Below are positions 25,676-31,361 of a DNA stretch of 31,361 bases, piece by piece. Source of the DNA: a virus (Duplodnaviria > Heunggongvirae > Uroviricota > Caudoviricetes); the IMG/VR virus record IMGVR_UViG_3300037512_000782, positions 316,732 through 348,092 of that record; one strand, 5' to 3'. The notes beneath the pieces were generated by a model. That model had not been told where the DNA came from. It saw only the letters and a program-made list of their open reading frames with translations, and did no database searches. The position numbers and the translations under genes were made by a program. Numbering within the stretch: the stretch's first letter is position 1; each line of letters begins with the position of its first letter.

Positions 25676-27069
25676 TATACGAATCCTTTGTACTTTGCGA
25701 ACTGCTGAATATCGTCCAGCCGTTCCTTCAAGTGCTTGATGCCGCTGAAGCCCACTTCCTTCTGTCTTGCTCGGCCACCTTGAATGATCATCTGCTTCTC
25801 GTCATCGTGCTTCTGGGCCTCGTGGAACCATTCGTACGTGCCACACATGACGGTGAACTTGGCCGGAACAACGTATTCTAACACCAAGCGGTCGTTATGC
25901 CCAGTGTAGTAGATGCGCACCTTGACAGACTTCTTCGCCCAGGTGACCTTCGACCCCTTGACCTTGGGGAACTTGTACGGAATGCTGAGAAACGCGAGGT
26001 AGTGGTCGATGTGCGGATACTCGACGCACCAGTCCTCCGTCTCGTGGAGAAATTCTGCGCCTTCGAAGTAGTCCGGAAGCTTCGTGTTGTAACGGCGCTC
26101 GAACAGACTGATAAGGTTCTTGGTGTGGCGGTCGATGACCTCGTCCTTACGTGCCGCAAGAATGCCGTCGACGTTCTTGGCCTCGGCAGAACCCTTCGGA
26201 TAGACGGGGCCGTCCTTCGTCCAGCTTGTGGCCGTACGCCAGCTGTCTGGCATTCCGTGGCGCTTGGCTTCCTCGCCGTATACGTCGAGCATGCGGTTCC
26301 ACGAGGAGCTGACGATGCCGACGGCGGTTTCCAAGTCCGTCTCGATGTAGAAGTAGGTGTTGATGGAGCCCTTGAGGCAACCAGTGAACTCAGGGAACAT
26401 CCGCTGCATCAATTCGTTCTGGCGAGAATGGTGCTCGTACACGCAGTAATTGACGAGTACGGTACGGCGGGAAGTGATGCAGAAGCCGTAATGCATTTCG
26501 TCAATGTCCTTGCTCAGCGAGAAGTCGTTGATGTCTGAGTTGTACACAAGCACCGGATGATCCTTCGACATGGCACTGCAGAGGGACATTTTGTCTTGCG
26601 GCATAGCGACGAATCGGTCAGCGTCCAAGTGTATGTCGCTGAACGCATAGGGAAGCAAGGCGGCTCTCGCCTTCTCGTAGAACTCCTTGTTGCCTGGGAT
26701 GGCCAGCCATTCCTCGACCAGCATCGGCAGCGTACCAGCCTTCGCTTCGTCGGAATCGAGCTTCGTCACGGAGTTGAGCCAGAGGTCGAAGTATTCTCGG
26801 TCGAAATACTTGCTGAAGTCGAACGTCCGAGTCTTTCCGCCGTAGGTGCAAGAAATGCCGAGCTCTTGCTTGTTCTTCTTTACCGGAATGTCGAAGGAGA
26901 TCGGCGAGCCTTCCCTCGCGCCCTCGTAGTGGAACGTGGCGATGTTGTCGTCCACGGTGACTTGGATGAGCTTCACGTCGCCTTCTTTCTCCATGCGGTT
27001 AAGGAATACTAACGCGCACTGTCTGTACTTGGCGGCCTTAATAATCTCGTTGTCCTTGTAAACCTTCAT
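25675..27069 (-). CDS. Hypothetical protein (~464 aa)
   Basis: Start reassigned to MKVYKD; strong codon bias. Confidence 0.8.
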   Translation of the reverse strand: MKVYKDNEIIKAAKYRQCALVFLNRMEKEGDVKLIQVTVDDNIATFHYEGAREGSPISFDIPVKKNKQELGISCTYGGKTRTFDFSKYFDREYFDLWLNSVTKLDSDEAKAGTLPMLVEEWLAIPGNKEFYEKARAALLPYAFSDIHLDADRFVAMPQDKMSLCSAMSKDHPVLVYNSDINDFSLSKDIDEMHYGFCITSRRTVLVNYCVYEHHSRQNELMQRMFPEFTGCLKGSINTYFYIETDLETAVGIVSSSWNRMLDVYGEEAKRHGMPDSWRTATSWTKDGPVYPKGSAEAKNVDGILAARKDEVIDRHTKNLISLFERRYNTKLPDYFEGAEFLHETEDWCVEYPHIDHYLAFLSIPYKFPKVKGSKVTWAKKSVKVRIYYTGHNDRLVLEYVVPAKFTVMCGTYEWFHEAQKHDDEKQMIIQGGRARQKEVGFSGIKHLKERLDDIQQFAKYKGFV

Positions 27070-27200
27070 TACTTTATCTTCCTTTTTGGTGCCTTTGCCG
27101 GGTTTCTGCTGAAGTCCTCCATACACATGAGGAATCCGTACTTATCCGTCACGACCTTCTGTCCGGCGGCCCTAATTCTTGCAATTTCGATTGCGCTCAT
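27069..27200 (-). CDS. Small 43-aa basic protein (MSAIEIARIRAAGQKVVTDKYGFLMCMEDFSRNPAKAPKRKIK), not in ORF track
   Basis: Manual translation; ATGA and TAATG overlaps at both ends; AAGGAG upstream. Confidence 0.6.
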   Translation of the reverse strand: MSAIEIARIRAAGQKVVTDKYGFLMCMEDFSRNPAKAPKRKIK

Positions 27201-27706
27201 TTCTTGATCTCCTTGTCCCAGTCCACCCATTCGCCTTCTTCGCGTTCATACAGATTGTTCCACCAGCTATGACGGATGCTGATGTTGTAGTTGACCTTAT
27301 CTTTACTAGCCTCGACTGCGGCGGCAATAGCCTTGTCCTTGTCGGTGAAAGTCTCTTCGTAGTCGCCGACAAGCCCATGGGCGTCTGGGTACTCGTAACG
27401 CAGTTGGTACTTGTGCTGCGATTTCTTACGTACTTCCATCATTTCGGTATACGCCTTGTACTGCGTCACGATGTCTGGATGGTTCGCCTTGAGCCACATG
27501 TCGAAGTCCATCTCCTTGTAGTTCGGATTTCCGTATGGCTCGTAGTATTGACCGCATGCCAGCTTGTCCGCCTGTTCGGCACTGAACAAATAGATTCCGC
27601 ACTGGTTCGGCTTGATTTCGTCGGACGGAGAACGGTGACAGCAGAATGTAGTCTCGTTGACCCATCGTCCGTACAAGCAAGTGGAGCAGCATCGTTTCTT
27701 TTTCAT
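27197..27706 (-). CDS. Hypothetical protein with Cys-rich N-terminal domain
   Basis: Start reassigned to MKKKRCCSTC (GAGGT RBS). Confidence 0.7.
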   Translation of the reverse strand: MKKKRCCSTCLYGRWVNETTFCCHRSPSDEIKPNQCGIYLFSAEQADKLACGQYYEPYGNPNYKEMDFDMWLKANHPDIVTQYKAYTEMMEVRKKSQHKYQLRYEYPDAHGLVGDYEETFTDKDKAIAAAVEASKDKVNYNISIRHSWWNNLYEREEGEWVDWDKEIKK

Positions 27707-27717
27707 GGCAACCTCTA

Positions 27718-28116
27718 TTAGTCTGTGTACGAAGACAAATCTAGCAATAATCTTTCGGACTTCGTGATCGCCGGAGTGCTGGTGACGCACGAATACACTT
27801 GATAGTCCCTAGTGACATAGAGCCACAGATACTCGTTGTCTGCACACTTTTTGCGCTCTTTGTCGAGGTCGAATATCCCAGAAATGCGGTCGTAGACCAT
27901 ATCGTCAATCCAGTTCTTCTGTCGGTCGAACTGGATGGACAGTGACGAATCGTCTGGATCGATGGCGTTCCAAAGCTTGGAGGCTTCCGAAGTCTTGAAG
28001 TAATAATAGTCCCATGTAAAAACTTCCCGATTACCGTTGAATAGGAGAATGGTCTTCTTGTCGGAGCCGTAGGTCTCGAATAAGCGGTCGATTTCTTTAG
28101 TGTACTCGTTGGTCAT
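27718..28116 (-). CDS. Hypothetical protein, paralog of 24103-24696
   Basis: Shared motifs as above. Confidence 0.72.
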   Translation of the reverse strand: MTNEYTKEIDRLFETYGSDKKTILLFNGNREVFTWDYYYFKTSEASKLWNAIDPDDSSLSIQFDRQKNWIDDMVYDRISGIFDLDKERKKCADNEYLWLYVTRDYQVYSCVTSTPAITKSERLLLDLSSYTD

Positions 28117-28122
28117 GCTGCC

Positions 28123-29244
28123 CTACTCTCTGTAGACATAGTCTTGACGGTCTTTCGGAACCCACCTATCCACCCAAGCCTTGATGTCGTCGGTGACTGG
28201 CTGGTGGAGCTGGTCTCGCCAGTGCCAGATGAACTGGCGAACTTCGGTTTCCTTGTCGAAACGGTGGTCGAGCACGGTGTCGAGCAGTCCGTACTTGTAG
28301 ATGAGGACGTCCTCGGCAATCTGGTCGATATAACGGAGTTCGTCTGGAATCTCGTCTTCCATACGTTCGAATTCGTCGGCGGTGTACTTCTTGCCCTTGT
28401 AGTAGAAAGCGTCACGAGACAAGGCGAAGTTGATATCCGGGAGCGCCTTGCAGAAGTCCCTCGCGTCCTTGTAGGCGTCGATGAACCCTTGGCGGAACTT
28501 GCAGTTCTTACGCTTGCCGACAGTGTCGTGGAGAATGAAGCACCTGATGATGCCGAGCTGGTCTCTCTTGTCCTTGTAGGACGCAATGTCCGGATACGTG
28601 TCGTAGGGACGCAAGTCCGTCTTGAGCAGCGGTTCGCTCTTGAAGGTCTCCATTTCGGCTTGCAGATCCTTGGCGTACTGGACGAACTCGTCGTAGAAGC
28701 CGTTGTCGCCGTACGTAGTCACCTTGCACTTGTAGTTGATGCCGCGCTTGTGGCTGGGTATGCCGAACTCGATGGACATGTTGATCGTACGGGACACCTT
28801 CTTTCCGTAGCCGAGGTTGCGAGTGACAGTAATCCAAGAGAAGCGTGACTCCAGACTGCACGGGGTCGCCTTCAAGGTCGGATGGCCTTCAATGACCATT
28901 TCGCGGAGCTTGTCGAAGGCGACATCGAGGTAGCCGTACGGATGCCAGCAGTACTGGGCCGGGGAGCTGTTGCCAGTGTTGAAGTCGGTCGAGACGACGT
29001 GGAGCATCTTCATGCCAGTGATCCAGTTGCGCAAGTACTCGCGCAAAACTTCCTTCCAGTCCATGTCGCGGAGACGCTTCATGATTTCCTTTCCGCGATT
29101 GGTAAGCATCTCCCCAGTATGGAAATCGTGGAGATCCAGTATCTTCGGAGAGTAGTAGGCCGGATCCTCCGGCGTCCTTGTATCGAAGAACTCCCTACGC
29201 TCTTCTTCTTCTTCGGTCTTGCACTGTTCTATGCTTCTTATCAT
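28123..29244 (-). CDS. Hypothetical protein (~373 aa)
   Basis: Start reassigned to MIRSIEQ (AAAGGAG RBS). Confidence 0.78.
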   Translation of the reverse strand: MIRSIEQCKTEEEEERREFFDTRTPEDPAYYSPKILDLHDFHTGEMLTNRGKEIMKRLRDMDWKEVLREYLRNWITGMKMLHVVSTDFNTGNSSPAQYCWHPYGYLDVAFDKLREMVIEGHPTLKATPCSLESRFSWITVTRNLGYGKKVSRTINMSIEFGIPSHKRGINYKCKVTTYGDNGFYDEFVQYAKDLQAEMETFKSEPLLKTDLRPYDTYPDIASYKDKRDQLGIIRCFILHDTVGKRKNCKFRQGFIDAYKDARDFCKALPDINFALSRDAFYYKGKKYTADEFERMEDEIPDELRYIDQIAEDVLIYKYGLLDTVLDHRFDKETEVRQFIWHWRDQLHQPVTDDIKAWVDRWVPKDRQDYVYRE

Positions 29245-29255
29245 ACCGTCTCCTT

Positions 29256-29480
29256 TCACGAGTCGTGCCCGATGATGTAGTCCATAATCGCCCAAGAAAT
29301 GAACAGCAGGACGAGCGTGGACGTGACGCCGAGGAACGTCGAAGTCGTGAACTCGTCGCTCGGCAGCGAGAACACCCACAGCATGTCGACAATCATCGCC
29401 GACATGCAGACGAAGCACACCACCGAGCGCAGCAGCTCGTTACCCGGCTTGAGGAACCAGTATTTCAGTTTCTTTATCAT
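29256..29480 (-). CDS. Small membrane protein (2 TM)
   Basis: Start MIKKLKYW 9 nt below -10 box; two hydrophobic segments. Confidence 0.65.
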   Translation of the reverse strand: MIKKLKYWFLKPGNELLRSVVCFVCMSAMIVDMLWVFSLPSDEFTTSTFLGVTSTLVLLFISWAIMDYIIGHDS

Positions 29481-29489
29481 TTGTACCGA

Positions 29490-29518
29490 AATATAGCAAT
29501 TACGCCTATGCACGTCAA
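29490..29518 (-). promoter_or_regulatory. Sigma70-type promoter TTGACG-N17-TATATT
   Basis: Minus strand TTGACG TGCATAGGCGTAATTGC TATATT. Confidence 0.78.
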
Positions 29519-29519
29519 C

Positions 29520-29528
29520 TGATAAACT
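29520..29528 (+). promoter_or_regulatory. TGATAAACT motif, candidate phage late-type promoter
   Basis: Second copy, 7 nt upstream of ATG 29536. Confidence 0.5.
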
Positions 29529-29535
29529 GCATTGC

Positions 29536-30507
29536 ATGAAGAACTTCGCATCTTACCTAGCTAATCTGCCCAAGACGCCCCTTACTGAGGCAGTCATTGC
29601 ACTGTACGAATCGGCTTATCCGCTTATGGAAGGCGACAAGCACATGTGGATAGACTCTCCTAGTGCAATGAACCAGAAATTGTATGACTGGATACGATAT
29701 TGTGCAAACTTTTCCGGAGACTCGATTCCTTATAAGACCTTTGACGAATTAGTCGTTGCGGCAAAAGAGTATCGTTCCGAACTCGACATATACAAAAGAG
29801 TCATCAATGACGGTGTCGAAATCATCAAAGACGGTGTCGAGCATGGTTTGCTCCCTAAAGAATTGCTTTATGGTAGTACGTTTAATGACAGCGCTTTTGG
29901 ATCCACCAAAACATATAATGCGCCAAACCTAGAAGGTTTGGTTCTAAAGGTACTAGAGAACAACCAGTCATTAAGTGATTTAGTCAAACAATGTAGGTCA
30001 TTCCCTCAAAATGCGAATATGGACTTGTTTAAAAAAGTATTCGCCTTCGGCAGAGACGACTGTATCGACATGGATTCCCTATTCGCACTAATCGGGTCTT
30101 CTTTGCTGTTATACAATAGCAACGATTCCATATACGATCGGCGAGATAAAATAAGTGGACGGATTTGGCATGACGGATTGCTGTATGATGCGAATGCACT
30201 ATATGGCGATTTGATGCTAAAGTATCCTAAGCCAGAATATGACGAAGTTCCTATTCCAGAAAAGGAATACAAGCTTCTCAACTTGAAACATCGGTTAAAG
30301 GGTAATCACGAAGACTTGCCACGCACACGCAAGGTCGAGAAAAGCCAACCGATATCGTGGAATGACTGGATGAAGAATCCGCCACAAAACGTAATTGATG
30401 AAATTTTGTCTGACAACAAGTCGACGGCTAAACCGTTTGAAGGCAATGCCGCAATGCCAGAGCACATCGCATTGATTAAGCAACGTATGAATCAACTTGG
30501 TATGTAA
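29536..30507 (+). CDS. Hypothetical protein with shared N-terminal ALYE tag; AT-rich body
   Basis: MKNFASYLANLPKTPLTEAVIALYE. Confidence 0.78.
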   Translation: MKNFASYLANLPKTPLTEAVIALYESAYPLMEGDKHMWIDSPSAMNQKLYDWIRYCANFSGDSIPYKTFDELVVAAKEYRSELDIYKRVINDGVEIIKDGVEHGLLPKELLYGSTFNDSAFGSTKTYNAPNLEGLVLKVLENNQSLSDLVKQCRSFPQNANMDLFKKVFAFGRDDCIDMDSLFALIGSSLLLYNSNDSIYDRRDKISGRIWHDGLLYDANALYGDLMLKYPKPEYDEVPIPEKEYKLLNLKHRLKGNHEDLPRTRKVEKSQPISWNDWMKNPPQNVIDEILSDNKSTAKPFEGNAAMPEHIALIKQRMNQLGM

Positions 30508-30509
30508 TC

Positions 30510-31361
30510 ATGAATAACTTCGCCGATTATCTCAGCTCTTTGCCAAGGACTCCGGTCACGGAGGCCGTCACTGCCCTGTACGAAGGTCTTACCAAGTCCG
30601 ACTTGGCTCTCGGACGATATCTGAAAAGCTTCAACAAGGGCATCAAGGTGCCTCCGCTGCCACAAGGAATCAAGCCGAACGAACAAGCCGCCTACATGAT
30701 GCTGGCGAGGCATCCGCAAGACGTGGCCAAGCTGCTGGACATCGGAGTGACCTACGGCATCCCGGAAGACGGCGAAGAAGAGTTCGACGAGACTTACGCC
30801 GAGATCGACATCCAAGACACACTCAAGAAGATTGCCGAACTGACCTCCGACAGAAGCAGAGGCGCGGTCAGAGGAGCCACGGCAGACGTCGTTTACGTCT
30901 ACGAACACCTCGACCGCAAGGACGAACTCAAGAAGGCCGCAGACCTGTACAGAAACGGACAGAGCGACGCCGGATACACCGCGCTGAAGAACGCTCTGGG
31001 CGAAATCAACTTCGAATACCTCGTCTACCCTATCGTCAAGCTGTGGAAGACCGAAGACGCCTACCGCGACGACAAGCTGTTCATGCTCGACCCAGACATC
31101 AAGAGCCACCTTCTCCGTAACCGCTGGCTCATCCACGAGACTTCGGTCGATGCCGGACTCTCCATCCTCAAGAACGGATTCGACCGTGGAAACCTCGCTG
31201 GCGGCCTCGCCATGACGACTTGGGGAAGGCACCCCCAGACTGGCGACTACCTGTTCGCGCACGACGTCTTGGACATGCTCAGCCGAGAAAACTACAAGTC
31301 CCGCAGCTTCGGATCGTACGGCGACTTCGCCTTGGTGTTCCAAGGTTCCGGATACAAGGCG
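30510..31361 (+). CDS. ALYE-tag protein with putative ADP-ribosyltransferase-like domain (3' truncated; not in ORF track)
   Basis: Manual translation, open to the window end: MNNFADYLSSLPRTPVTEAVTALYE...WLIHETSVDAGLSILKNGF...YLFA...YGDFALVF. Confidence 0.7.
   Translation, partial: MNNFADYLSSLPRTPVTEAVTALYEGLTKSDLALGRYLKSFNKGIKVPPLPQGIKPNEQAAYMMLARHPQDVAKLLDIGVTYGIPEDGEEEFDETYAEIDIQDTLKKIAELTSDRSRGAVRGATADVVYVYEHLDRKDELKKAADLYRNGQSDAGYTALKNALGEINFEYLVYPIVKLWKTEDAYRDDKLFMLDPDIKSHLLRNRWLIHETSVDAGLSILKNGFDRGNLAGGLAMTTWGRHPQTGDYLFAHDVLDMLSRENYKSRSFGSYGDFALVFQGSGYKA

Noticed and set aside
30492-31343. 283-aa minus-strand ORF in the track
   Set aside because: Shadow of the real plus-strand gene starting at 30510, which carries the shared N-terminal tag
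1-31361. Stop-codon reassignment, as seen in some large gut phages
   Set aside because: TAG, TGA and TAA all terminate genes cleanly right before the next start; coding density is already high under code 11

Overview
This window looks like part of a large (jumbo-like) dsDNA phage genome. It is densely packed with mostly minus-strand, translationally coupled small genes and host-like metabolic genes, and has no rRNA, tRNA, CRISPR or IS elements. The main feature is a ~11.6 kb minus-strand locus (2208-13848) encoding TEN divergent paralogous proteins that all start with the same 17-residue motif M[KR]T[IV]RxxVFETNSS[SA]xH. They are interleaved with two radical-SAM enzymes, a Nif3-like metalloprotein and a glutamine-dependent NAD synthetase. 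This is a candidate undescribed protein-modification or effector system. Separately, three otherwise unrelated plus-strand proteins share a 25-aa N-terminal tag ending in ALYE, a possible capsid-targeting propeptide; one of them has an ADP-ribosyltransferase-like motif. Two of these genes are preceded by a shared TGATAAACT motif. Five near-consensus TTGAC[AG]-N17-TATATT promoters drive the minus-strand blocks. Also present are two glycosyltransferases and ferredoxin, chorismate-mutase and HD-like domain fusions. Phage origin and all functional calls come from motif recognition only; no database searches were run.
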